From a virus: a stretch of DNA of 64,000 nt. The translations under genes were made by a program, and so were the position numbers. The DNA is taken from positions 1 through 64,000 of IMG/VR virus record IMGVR_UViG_3300036045_000005, one strand, 5' to 3'. Under the pieces are notes generated by a model that was not told the DNA's origin, made no database searches, and was given only the letters and a program-made list of their open reading frames with translations. Below are positions 45,707-54,202 of this stretch, one piece after another (within the stretch, counting starts at the first letter, position 1; each line of letters starts with the position of its first letter).

Positions 45707-46792
45707 ATGGCGTTTACGATTCCAAATGAAGCCGACGCTTTTAATGCAGACCAGGCTGAACCGGACAAGGTAGACCTGGACATATTAGTGGCAGGCTACA
45801 TCAATAACGGTGTGATCAACGGCTGTGCTGTTTCTGCACAAGGCTCACCCAATATGACGGTGGCGGTGGCGGCCGGGCAGGTTTGCGTGGATGGTTATTT
45901 TCCGTTTATCGCAGCGGCTAATGTCACCATTACGACGGCTCACAGTACCAACCCGCGCATTGATTTAATTTGTGCTGATTACAATGCCGGACTTTCGGCC
46001 GTGGCGGGAACGGCGGCCGCTTCGCCTGTGCTTCCGGCCGTGCCTGCTAATAATATCTGTCTGGCGGCCGTTTACGTTCCTGCCGCAGACACGACCATTG
46101 AAAATAATCAGATAACCGACAAACGAGTTTTTGTCCTCAATAGATTTGATGAGCAGGCAGAGTTTAATGCCGGATCAACAGAGACGGGCGAGATAGGCGA
46201 ATTGTGCTGGGGCGCGACGGCCGCAGGTACATCGAATAATTCGCCGATCACGGGCACGGCAAAACATCCAGGCGTACTCAGGTTGCAGACGGGAACTACA
46301 TCCGGGAACAACTCCCGCATCCATCCAGCAAACAGCGCAACAACGGCAACACTTATACCAACTGATATAGCCCGCATGAGATGGATCATCTCACCGGGCA
46401 CAGTAACCACTTCCACGATCAAACTTGGTTTTGGTGTTGATCTTTCAGTGGCCACGGCTGGGGCCCTGGGATCGGCCGGGGCCTGGTTTGAGTATGATTC
46501 GGCCACCAATGCAAACTGGCGCACGGTCACGCGCCAGGCCAGCACCAGCACCACGAATACCAGCAGTGTGGCCGTCACTGCCTCAAATTGGTACGACCTG
46601 GAGATGGTGCGCTTACAGAACGGAAACTGGCAATTTGTGATCAACAAAACAATTGTCGCTACGCACAGCGCGAATTTACCGACAACGGCCAGCCTGGCCG
46701 GTGCTCTCGTGCAGACAGGTACAAGCGCGGCCCGAATCGTAGATGTTGACTTCTACGGCGCGAATTTCAAATTGGGGCAACGGTATACATAA
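45707..46792 (+). CDS. Tail fibre / receptor-binding protein
   Basis: GC.VSAQGSPNMTVAVAAG, NPRIDLI, LAAVYVPA..T.I....ITDKR anchor domain plus a lectin-like C-terminus. Confidence 0.75.
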   Translation: MAFTIPNEADAFNADQAEPDKVDLDILVAGYINNGVINGCAVSAQGSPNMTVAVAAGQVCVDGYFPFIAAANVTITTAHSTNPRIDLICADYNAGLSAVAGTAAASPVLPAVPANNICLAAVYVPAADTTIENNQITDKRVFVLNRFDEQAEFNAGSTETGEIGELCWGATAAGTSNNSPITGTAKHPGVLRLQTGTTSGNNSRIHPANSATTATLIPTDIARMRWIISPGTVTTSTIKLGFGVDLSVATAGALGSAGAWFEYDSATNANWRTVTRQASTSTTNTSSVAVTASNWYDLEMVRLQNGNWQFVINKTIVATHSANLPTTASLAGALVQTGTSAARIVDVDFYGANFKLGQRYT

Positions 46793-47619
46793 TGGCTACT
46801 TTTGTCTTACGCAAGTCGGGAGGTGGCTCTACTCTGCGCGGTGGGGACGGGCTGAGAGGGGCGGCTGGAGGTGGTGATGTGTCCATCACCCTGGACACGC
46901 TCACGTTGGCGGGTACGGCCGTCTCACTGACAGTTGTGCCCGGCGCAGTTTCCTTAGCGATGGATACCTTGACGCTGGCCGGTTCTGTGGAAGATTTAAG
47001 CGTCATTCCTGGTGCCGTTTCTGTGCTGCTGGATGTGCTGACGCTGGCGGGCAACGTAGAGAATTTGACCGTCTTGCCCGGTGCGGTGGCTATTCTCCTG
47101 GACGTGCTGACCTTAGCCAGTTCGGTGCCGGACTTGGTGGTGAGTACCGCCGTCTCCATTCTTTTAGACCCCCTTACGCTTGCTAGTAGCGTGGAAGACC
47201 TGAATGTATTGGCCGTTACCATTATCTTCCTGAACAGCCTGTTGCTGACCAGTACCCTGCCTGATTTGACCGTTGTGCCAGGCGGCATTGCCACTTTACT
47301 GGATGTGTTGACTTTAGCCAGCACTTTACCAGACCTAACGGTGAGTACGGCCGTTTCTATTCTGCTGGATTCCCTTACCCTGGCGGGCACGCTGCCAGAC
47401 CTGACCGTTGCGCCCGGCGCGGTGGCGGTCTTGCTGGATAGCCTAACGCTGGCAAGCAGCGTTGAGGATTTAACAGTAGCCATAGGCGTGATGGCCGTCA
47501 TTACCGCTTTTGGCACGGTGACATCGCCGCGACGGACAGGCATGGTTATTTCACCGGCCAGAAGTGGCGAAGTGGAATCGCCGCGACGAGTGGGCACGGT
47601 GATTACCCAGGAGCATTAA
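46792..47619 (+). CDS. Repetitive virion-associated protein
   Basis: Nine 21-24-aa repeats like VSILLDxLTLASxxxDLTVxPGA. Confidence 0.7.
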   Translation: MATFVLRKSGGGSTLRGGDGLRGAAGGGDVSITLDTLTLAGTAVSLTVVPGAVSLAMDTLTLAGSVEDLSVIPGAVSVLLDVLTLAGNVENLTVLPGAVAILLDVLTLASSVPDLVVSTAVSILLDPLTLASSVEDLNVLAVTIIFLNSLLLTSTLPDLTVVPGGIATLLDVLTLASTLPDLTVSTAVSILLDSLTLAGTLPDLTVAPGAVAVLLDSLTLASSVEDLTVAIGVMAVITAFGTVTSPRRTGMVISPARSGEVESPRRVGTVITQEH

Positions 47620-47979
47620 ATGGCAGACAAACCAGTAGACCAGGTGGTTGGATTGCAGACGTTGACATTGCGCGGGCAGGTGATGGCGGTGGGGTCACGG
47701 CCGCCGGTGTTGGTTGACACGGCCGTTCGCGCCTACAAAAAGCGCGTCTTCACCGATGAGCAGTGGGCGTACCTGAACACACGTAGTACGGTCGATTTGC
47801 AGCACCGTATCAGGCAGGGTTTCCTGCTAATCTGGCTGCTGCGACGGCCGGAGATGATGAATATGGTGAAGGGTGAGGCGGATCGGGTTAGCTCTAACCT
47901 GTGTTACCAGATTGAGGCGATCTGCCAGATTATCAAAAGTCGTGGAGGACAAGATGAACATCAACGATTTATCAGTTGA
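47620..47979 (+). CDS. Hypothetical protein
   Basis: AGGAG SD. Confidence 0.6.
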   Translation: MADKPVDQVVGLQTLTLRGQVMAVGSRPPVLVDTAVRAYKKRVFTDEQWAYLNTRSTVDLQHRIRQGFLLIWLLRRPEMMNMVKGEADRVSSNLCYQIEAICQIIKSRGGQDEHQRFIS

Positions 47980-48148
47980 GGAGTTAGGGGCGTACCGCGA
48001 TCAGCTTCAGGCAGAGATCGAGAACCTGCGAGCCAAGTACAGAGATGCGGGTTTGTTGATTGAGCAGAAGCGCAATGAGACAAAGACGGCCGAACTGAAC
48101 GCGGAGATTGCCCGATTGAAGAAAGAAAAGGCGGCATTGAAGAAGTAG
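47954..48148 (+). CDS. Small coiled-coil protein
   Basis: GGAGG SD; heptad pattern. Confidence 0.65.
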   Translation: MNINDLSVEELGAYRDQLQAEIENLRAKYRDAGLLIEQKRNETKTAELNAEIARLKKEKAALKK

Positions 48149-48202
48149 CCAGCCGCAAACTAGCACGGCTGTCTGATGGACGACGGCCGATGGAGGTGAA
48201 TC

Positions 48203-48658
48203 ATGGCGCAAGGAGACGGCGCGATTTACAACAACTTCAAAGAGCAGGTAATGGAGGGGGTGTTTAACCTGGCCTCTGGTGGGCACAGCTTGCAGCAAAC
48301 CCTTCACACTGGCTATACACCCAACATTGATTCCCACGCCTTGTGGGGTGATTCGGGCGTGTCGTCCACAGAGTATGGTTCTGGCTCAGGTTATACGGCC
48401 GGTGGGGTGACGCTCAGTAGCCAGGACGCGACCCAGGATAACACCAATGACCGGGGCGTGTTTGACGCGGCCGATGTGCTGTGGAGTTCGTTGGGGGCAC
48501 TCTCGCCAGCCACACCCAGCCATACGCTGCTGTGGGATACCACGCCCAGCTCACCGGCCGACCCGCTCATTTGTTATTGGGAGTTGGGCAGTACGGCCAC
48601 GAATGGCGGGAACTATACCCTACAGTTCGGCGCGAGCGGGATTATCTTGCTTACCTAA
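48203..48658 (+). CDS. Putative virion structural protein
   Basis: YNNFK, GYTAGG.TL, FDAADV.W, LICY, ATNGGNYTLQF..SGI. Confidence 0.7.
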   Translation: MAQGDGAIYNNFKEQVMEGVFNLASGGHSLQQTLHTGYTPNIDSHALWGDSGVSSTEYGSGSGYTAGGVTLSSQDATQDNTNDRGVFDAADVLWSSLGALSPATPSHTLLWDTTPSSPADPLICYWELGSTATNGGNYTLQFGASGIILLT

Positions 48659-48670
48659 CAGGAGGCTTCC

Positions 48671-49414
48671 ATGAGCCTGGCAAATGCAGTTAAAGGGGCA
48701 CGGCACAGCGGGCAGGAAATCACCTGGACAGATGAGAGCGGGCTGGCCGTTGACCTGACCGGGGCGACGCTCACCGGCTTTATCCAGAATCAGGCGACCG
48801 GCCGTATCCGGGTGATTGATGGCGATCTAGATTTGGTGACGGCCGACGAGGGCGTGTTTTCCTGGGACTATGGCGTAAATGATGTGCTGACGGCCGGAAA
48901 GTTCATCGTGCAGTTTGTGGCGACCTATGGAGATGGCTCAAAGGAAAAGACCGTCATTAACGAAGACCACGAGTGGACGGTTTCCGAAGCCTATGATGCC
49001 ATTTCTAACGGCGATGTGATCACCATGTATATCGCCGACACCTGGAACTTTACCATCCACAATCTGGAAGATATTAGTTCCTACGAAGTGCTGACCCTGA
49101 TTGTCCGCAGTCCATCACAATTGACCGACAACGACACCCTGCTTTACGTCCGTTCTGATGATGGCCTTATCCGCATTGGCGGCGCGGCTCCGGCTGCTGC
49201 TTCTGGCGGTTCGCTCACGATTGGCACGGGGCAGGTAACGGCTTTGATTTCTATGAGCGAGACGGCTGTGCTGACCCCATCACAGGCCAGTAGCACCAAA
49301 TATCGCTGGTATGTGAAGGCATTTGATATTACACCCAACCCAGATCGAGCGTTGACGCTGGCTACCGGTCAGTTTGTCCTAAACGCGGGCGGTGTGCTGT
49401 CGGTTACGCCATAG
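48671..49414 (+). CDS. BppU-like baseplate / adaptor-domain protein
   Basis: AVDLTGATL, D...AG.F.VQF..TY.DG. Confidence 0.65.
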   Translation: MSLANAVKGARHSGQEITWTDESGLAVDLTGATLTGFIQNQATGRIRVIDGDLDLVTADEGVFSWDYGVNDVLTAGKFIVQFVATYGDGSKEKTVINEDHEWTVSEAYDAISNGDVITMYIADTWNFTIHNLEDISSYEVLTLIVRSPSQLTDNDTLLYVRSDDGLIRIGGAAPAAASGGSLTIGTGQVTALISMSETAVLTPSQASSTKYRWYVKAFDITPNPDRALTLATGQFVLNAGGVLSVTP

Positions 49415-49418
49415 CAAT

Positions 49419-50270
49419 ATGAAACGGGTTATTGGCCTTCTCTTGTTTTTGGTGTTATCTGGCGTGGATACGACCGATGGGGTGGGGGAGTATCACACCT
49501 TCCTGCCGCTTGTGGTTGGGCCAGAACCGAAGGCGGGCGTGGTTTGGCTGGACACCGAACCGGCCGATGTGAACATCCTGCATTTTGAGTGGTGGTATGA
49601 CTACTCGTTGCGCGGCCGTGATGTGCCAGGCGTAGAGTTCGTACCGTTCTTCTGGTGTGACAAGTGGCCGCCTCATGCTTACGGCCGTAAAAGCCAGGAC
49701 TATTTCGAGTTGGCCGAACGTCACCTGACACCTGATTACAATAGCTACCTGCTCTTCCTAAATGAGCCAGACCTGACCGGCGACGACACAGGCGGCCAGT
49801 GCGATATGGAGCCACGCCGGGCGGCGTACCTGTACAAGGCTATCCGCGAACAACTTCCACACGCCAAATTGGTAGGCCCGGCCGTTTCTCACCGCGATTA
49901 TTGGAGTAACTGGCTCTGGCTGCGGACGTGGTACGGGCTGATTGACGAGATGGGGTTACGGCCGCCAGAAGTGGCCGCTATCCACACCTACATGAGCGAG
50001 AACCCGCAGTGGATTGTGGATTCTCTGTTCACGATGCTGGCCGAGTTTCCCGGCTCGCCGGGCACAGTTTGGGTCACTGAGTTTGGGAACTGCGATCCGG
50101 CCGTTGTGCAATGGATGTTAGACACCTGGCAGGCGGACGGCCGTGTGTCCCGCTACGCTTACTTCACGGTGCGCGATTTTGAGCCGCACTGCGAGAACCT
50201 GTTTTATAACACGCCTGGCTACTCGCTCACGCCTGCTGGCCGTGTGTGGGTGAAGGAGCATCCTCGATGA
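49419..50270 (+). CDS. Secreted clan GH-A glycoside hydrolase (GH128/Asl1-like)
   Basis: Signal peptide, FLPLV motif, WWYDY, EFVP, FLNEPD (acid/base), IHTY, VWVTEFG (nucleophile), RYAYF. Confidence 0.82.
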   Translation: MKRVIGLLLFLVLSGVDTTDGVGEYHTFLPLVVGPEPKAGVVWLDTEPADVNILHFEWWYDYSLRGRDVPGVEFVPFFWCDKWPPHAYGRKSQDYFELAERHLTPDYNSYLLFLNEPDLTGDDTGGQCDMEPRRAAYLYKAIREQLPHAKLVGPAVSHRDYWSNWLWLRTWYGLIDEMGLRPPEVAAIHTYMSENPQWIVDSLFTMLAEFPGSPGTVWVTEFGNCDPAVVQWMLDTWQADGRVSRYAYFTVRDFEPHCENLFYNTPGYSLTPAGRVWVKEHPR

Positions 50271-50827
50271 GACGAACCCCCGGCTATATTGCCTTCCTGG
50301 TGCTTCTCCTATTAGTGGTCTGCCTGGCGCTGGTCTTGTGGATATTGCCGGCCGATCCTGGCGTGATAACGCCCACGCCCATCACGCCGCAACCGGAGAC
50401 GGCCGCGCCGACGGATACAATGGAGAGCTACCCAACGGCCACCAACCCTTCAGCCACGTCTACCTCCTCACCAACGGCCGTTGTTTTGCTGACGTTCACG
50501 GCGACACCCGCCCCGCCGACATTGACACCACCATCGTTCCCGACGGCCGTGCCTACAATGACAGCCACCTTGTCGCCGACCGCAACACAACTCCCGTTTC
50601 CCTCAGCCACACCTACGGCCACGCTGACGCGCCTGCCAGAGAGCTACGTGGTGCAGCGTGATGATTGGCTGATCAAGATAGCCATTCGGCTGTATGGCGG
50701 CCGGTGGGGTTGGGAGTGGCGGTGTTTGTATGAGCGGAACCGGGCGGTGATCGGGGATAACCCACACCTGATTTTTCGCGGCCAGGTCTTGCGGGGAATA
50801 CGGCCGTGTGGAGGGCAAGGCGAATGA
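50267..50827 (+). CDS. Membrane-anchored Pro/Thr-linker LysM protein
   Basis: TM helix, PTAT-rich linker, YVVQRDDWLIKIA...N..VIGDNPHLIFRGQVL. Confidence 0.85.
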   Translation: MRRTPGYIAFLVLLLLVVCLALVLWILPADPGVITPTPITPQPETAAPTDTMESYPTATNPSATSTSSPTAVVLLTFTATPAPPTLTPPSFPTAVPTMTATLSPTATQLPFPSATPTATLTRLPESYVVQRDDWLIKIAIRLYGGRWGWEWRCLYERNRAVIGDNPHLIFRGQVLRGIRPCGGQGE

Positions 50828-51027
50828 TGCAGCGATTGATTGACCGGCTACTCGCGCCGCGCATCGCCCGCATCCAGGAAGCGGAGCGTGACCGCTTCCG
50901 CCGTCTGATTGGGCAGGTGATGGAGCGACATGAATCACCGGCTGTGCTGCTGGCGGTGGGGCAGTTATTGGAATTACTCGACGAGGAATACAACCATGAT
51001 GGTGACGATGGAGAGGACGGTTGTTGA
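50824..51027 (+). CDS. Hypothetical protein
   Basis: ATGA overlap with the LysM gene. Confidence 0.55.
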   Translation: MMQRLIDRLLAPRIARIQEAERDRFRRLIGQVMERHESPAVLLAVGQLLELLDEEYNHDGDDGEDGC

Positions 51028-52210
51028 AGCAACAACTGTTGAAACGACAACGGTTGGCTGGCTGGCTGCCGCTACCAGGAGGGAGATCATCATTAACAGC
51101 TTGCTAGACCTTCAGGCAATTGTAGAACATGCCCTGGCCGGGATCACCATCGCCGACCGGGAAACCGGCGAGATCATCTACGCCAATCACGAAGCGGCCG
51201 AAATCCTCGGTCTGTCGCGTGATGATGTCAGGATGGCTGCTGGCACGTTGGTGGAACTTATCTATCTCAACGGCGATCCCTTTCCTATCTCTGAGACGGC
51301 CGTGATGAAGGCGCGACGATCCGGCCAGCGCGAACGTGCCACATTCGGCGTGAAGTATCCTGACGGCTCTGTGCGTTGGGTTTCATCGAAGGCTGAGCCG
51401 CGCATACTGCCCGATGGCACGGCCGTGATTGTTGCCAATCTGATGGGGATTACGGACGAAATCAAAGGGCAGCAAGAGCAACTGGAAGCGCAGCGTGAAC
51501 GGCTGGAGTTGGCCGAGTTGCAACAAAACGCCATTGATAATTTGAGCCACGAGATACGCACCCCGCTTAACCTGATTATGGGCTATGCGGATTTGCTGCT
51601 ACACGGGACAGTACCGGATGACCGGATAGCCCACACGTTGGGCATCATCCACCGCGAGGCTAAAGCGGTGGAGTGGATGGCCGAGACGCTCTTGTGGCTG
51701 GGCAAATTGGAATCTGGCAGCGAACTCGCATTTGAGCCATTAGACCTGACGGCCGTTGTCCGGTACCGGGCAGACGCGATCAGTCTGCTGGCTGAGCGTG
51801 AGCAAGTCGCGCTGATAATCGCTGGCGAACTGCCCGCTTGTCGCGTCTCCGGCCATGAAACCCTCCTTTCCCTGGCGATAGGCAACCTGGTTGGCAACGC
51901 CATCAAATTCACCAAGTACAGCGAAACTAGGCAGGTAACGGTCAGCCTGGAAGTGGGGGAGGGGGAGGCGACGGTCTCCGTCACCGATACCGGCATTGGT
52001 ATCAAGCCTGAACATCTATCGCTCATCTTCGAGAAATTCCGCCAGTTGGACGGTGGCAGCACCCGCAAATTCAGGGGGACGGGTATTGGGCTGCACTTTG
52101 TAAAACTCGTTGCGCAGGCCCATGGCGGCCGTGTGGAAGTGGAAAGTGAATTTGGCAAGGGGTCAACGTTCCGGTTGGTGTTGCCCCTGGAGGTCCCCCC
52201 TAGTGCATGA
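50996..52210 (+). CDS. Soluble PAS-domain sensor histidine kinase
   Basis: PAS/PAC (IIYANHEAAEILG, DGSVRWV), H box SHEIRTPL, N box NLVGNAIKFT, G1 DTGIGI, F box IFEKF, G2 GTGIGL. Confidence 0.95.
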   Translation: MMVTMERTVVEATTVETTTVGWLAAATRREIIINSLLDLQAIVEHALAGITIADRETGEIIYANHEAAEILGLSRDDVRMAAGTLVELIYLNGDPFPISETAVMKARRSGQRERATFGVKYPDGSVRWVSSKAEPRILPDGTAVIVANLMGITDEIKGQQEQLEAQRERLELAELQQNAIDNLSHEIRTPLNLIMGYADLLLHGTVPDDRIAHTLGIIHREAKAVEWMAETLLWLGKLESGSELAFEPLDLTAVVRYRADAISLLAEREQVALIIAGELPACRVSGHETLLSLAIGNLVGNAIKFTKYSETRQVTVSLEVGEGEATVSVTDTGIGIKPEHLSLIFEKFRQLDGGSTRKFRGTGIGLHFVKLVAQAHGGRVEVESEFGKGSTFRLVLPLEVPPSA

Positions 52211-52463
52211 AGCAGCCCGGCAGTTAGCGCAACTGGAAGAAACATCTCGTGCCAACGGGGTGGAGATTGCGGCCGTGCATGAAGACCTGCGCGAACTCAA
52301 GGATGAATTTCGGGGACTGTTTAAGCAGCTTCGGGGCGATCTGGCCTACATGCAGAGCCTCCAATTGAAGGATGCCGAAGGGACAAAAAAAAATTGGCAA
52401 GGGTGGCCGCCTTTGTTGGAGACACTTTACTTCCCAGGCTCAACCAGATTGAGCGACAGCTAA
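52203..52463 (+). CDS. Coiled-coil protein (frame-0 part of a putative frameshifted gene)
   Basis: GGAGG SD before GTG 52203, which overlaps the kinase stop; heptad pattern up to the A9 run. Confidence 0.6.
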   Translation: MHEAARQLAQLEETSRANGVEIAAVHEDLRELKDEFRGLFKQLRGDLAYMQSLQLKDAEGTKKNWQGWPPLLETLYFPGSTRLSDS

Positions 52464-52831
52464 CGGAACTGGAGCGACTAAGGTTTGAATCTCTTGAACA
52501 GCGTTTGGTGGAATTGGAGAAGCGCATTGACAGGCAGGACACGCGATGGGAACGAGTAACGGCCGCGACCGGCACAGGCCGCCTGGATGCTCGTGCCGCC
52601 TTGCACCAGATGATGGTGAAGGCGTTCAGCCTGGCGGACATGGCAACCCTCTGTTTGGAGATGGACATTGAGTACGACGAGCTACCAGGCGACACCATTT
52701 CTCACAAGGTCACGTCGCTCATTGCTTACATCGGTCGGCGGAACCAACGCTCTGATGGTGAGTGGGATTTGTCAAATCTGGTGAAAAAATTGAAGGAGAA
52801 ACGGCCGTCTTACAAGTGGCCGGATGTGTGA
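52394..52831 (+). CDS. Coiled coil plus EAD7-like domain (-1 frame part)
   Basis: LHQMMVKAFSLADMATLCLEMDIEYDELPGDTISHKVTSLIAYIGRR...LVKKLKEKRP..W resembles the EAD7 pattern; begins right after the A9 run. Confidence 0.75.
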   Translation: MARVAAFVGDTLLPRLNQIERQLTELERLRFESLEQRLVELEKRIDRQDTRWERVTAATGTGRLDARAALHQMMVKAFSLADMATLCLEMDIEYDELPGDTISHKVTSLIAYIGRRNQRSDGEWDLSNLVKKLKEKRPSYKWPDV

Positions 52832-53295
52832 TGAAAGAGATTATTCAAATGATGGTCACGGCCGTGATGCTGGCAATTTCTCAGCCAGCAGACCCCACGC
52901 CGATTTTTACCCCGCCACCTGATAATTACACAGGCTCTTTGTCTCGCTACGATCCGCAGGTGATGGAGCGGGTGATTGAGTGGCGATATGAACATAATGT
53001 TCCAGCCGGATTTGACCCCTGGCCGACATACGCCACCTATGTGGCGGTGGTGGATTGCCGCAACGTGGGCCGTTCCGGCTGGATGACCCTGACCATTGAG
53101 GGGGAGACACGGCCGCCGGAGCGAATCTATGTCACCGATTGCGCGACACCTGGAACACCAGCTGCGGAGTGGATGGAGCGTGAGCAAATAGCGGCAGAGA
53201 TAGATTACGGTTCCTGGGTGCGATTTGGCATTGAAGATGGAAAGGGAGCATGGGCTGAGATCGTGCTGGATGACGATACCATGCTCAGTAATTAG
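52831..53295 (+). CDS. Exported protein, possible RlpA-like double-psi beta-barrel
   Basis: Signal-like N-terminus; S.Y...VAV.DC..VG...VTDC...EID pattern. Confidence 0.55.
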   Translation: MKEIIQMMVTAVMLAISQPADPTPIFTPPPDNYTGSLSRYDPQVMERVIEWRYEHNVPAGFDPWPTYATYVAVVDCRNVGRSGWMTLTIEGETRPPERIYVTDCATPGTPAAEWMEREQIAAEIDYGSWVRFGIEDGKGAWAEIVLDDDTMLSN

Positions 53296-53304
53296 TGCGG
53301 TTTC

Positions 53305-53411
53305 CGCGCAACCCACCTTTCTCCCTTCCCCCAGGGGTTGCGCGTTTACCGGCGGCGACGGCTTCCTCCTGGCCGTCGCCGCTCTCCATTTTACAGACGA
53401 TGTAAATGGGG
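53305..53411. ncRNA. Candidate structured RNA (three adjacent hairpins)
   Basis: Stems 53305-53344, 53352-53382 and 53384-53411, the first two with C/T-rich loops. Confidence 0.4.
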
Positions 53412-53426
53412 TAGGGGGATGAGTGT

Positions 53427-53642
53427 ATGGTCTACGCAATTACCAAAAACAGGGTTGCTCATGTTTTGCGATTGCCCGCAGGTTTCGCCTGCGGCCGTCG
53501 CCCACATGCGTATGTAGTCACCGAGGAGATGCCTGCCGATTGTCGGCCGTGTGGTCAGTGTCGTGGTGTGATGGTGGGGGAGGGGAAACGGCCGAGGCAG
53601 CACGGCGGGCCAGGGCGGGGCGGTCTCCGGGTTAAGAAGTAA
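53427..53642 (+). CDS. Small Cys/His hypothetical protein
   Basis: H...ACG...CRPCGQC; GGGGG SD-like element. Confidence 0.5.
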   Translation: MVYAITKNRVAHVLRLPAGFACGRRPHAYVVTEEMPADCRPCGQCRGVMVGEGKRPRQHGGPGRGGLRVKK

Positions 53643-53791
53643 TTGTATACTCGTAATAATTTGCATTAACAGGAGTATAAATAAAGGAGGGGGGGACGGG
53701 AAGCAAACCACTCCCCCAGGGGCGACGGTCGTTTATCGCAGTTGGCAAACGGCCACTTCGGATGCCTCAGCGCAGGCTGTATAATTTACGC

Positions 53792-53941
53792 ATGGAACCA
53801 GGGACAACAACCCAGGCGGAGGCGATTGCGTTTCTCATTTGTTTTGTGGGGATAGCCTGGATTTATTGGTGCATAGCCGTGCTGTTGCTTCTGGAATGGC
53901 TTGGCCTTATCCCCCCTGCCCCGCCCCTTGAAGAAGAGTAA
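53792..53941 (+). CDS. 49-aa single-TM peptide, probably leaderless (not in the ORF track)
   Basis: TATAAT 53780-53785, ATG 6 nt later; MEPGTTTQAEAIAFLICFVGIAWIYWCIAVLLLLEWLGLIPPAPPLEEE. Confidence 0.55.
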   Translation: MEPGTTTQAEAIAFLICFVGIAWIYWCIAVLLLLEWLGLIPPAPPLEEE

Positions 53942-53945
53942 TACG

Positions 53946-54006
53946 ATTGTAATACAATGGTGAAACAACTTTGGGATTGACGGCCGTTGTAACGTTGTGT
54001 TACAAT
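53946..54006 (+). promoter_or_regulatory. Promoter with two palindromic operators
   Basis: ATTGTA-A-TACAAT (53946-53958); TTGACG, 18 bp, TACAAT overlapped by TTGTAAC-N5-GTTACAA (53987-54005). Confidence 0.75.
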
Positions 54007-54013
54007 GCGGCGC

Positions 54014-54202
54014 ATGAGCGACACCAAAGAGGATACAGTTCCCGTTAGAATAAGCACCGAGAAGCACAAAGAGCTACAGATTATCAGCCAGCAAACAGAA
54101 TTATCACTACGCTCTCTGGTGGACAGAGCGGCTGATTTGCTGATAGAGCATTGGGGGCAGACGGGGACTGTGCCGCCTAAGACAGAGCGTCGTTCTAAGT
54201 AG
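54014..54202 (+). CDS. Ribbon-helix-helix repressor, leaderless
   Basis: VPVRISTEKHKELQIIS...SLRSLVDRAADLL; ATG 7 nt after the -10 box. Confidence 0.75.
   Translation: MSDTKEDTVPVRISTEKHKELQIISQQTELSLRSLVDRAADLLIEHWGQTGTVPPKTERRSK

Noticed and set aside
17951-52245. Long minus-strand ORFs (e.g. 17951-18763, 27315-28076, 46767-47597, 51583-52245)
   Set aside because: They are shadows of well-supported plus-strand genes in GC-rich DNA, with no motifs or SD.
50996-53295. Host chromosomal DNA or prophage boundary at the histidine kinase
   Set aside because: The genes overlap phage-type neighbours on both sides, phage genes continue downstream, and no att site is seen here.
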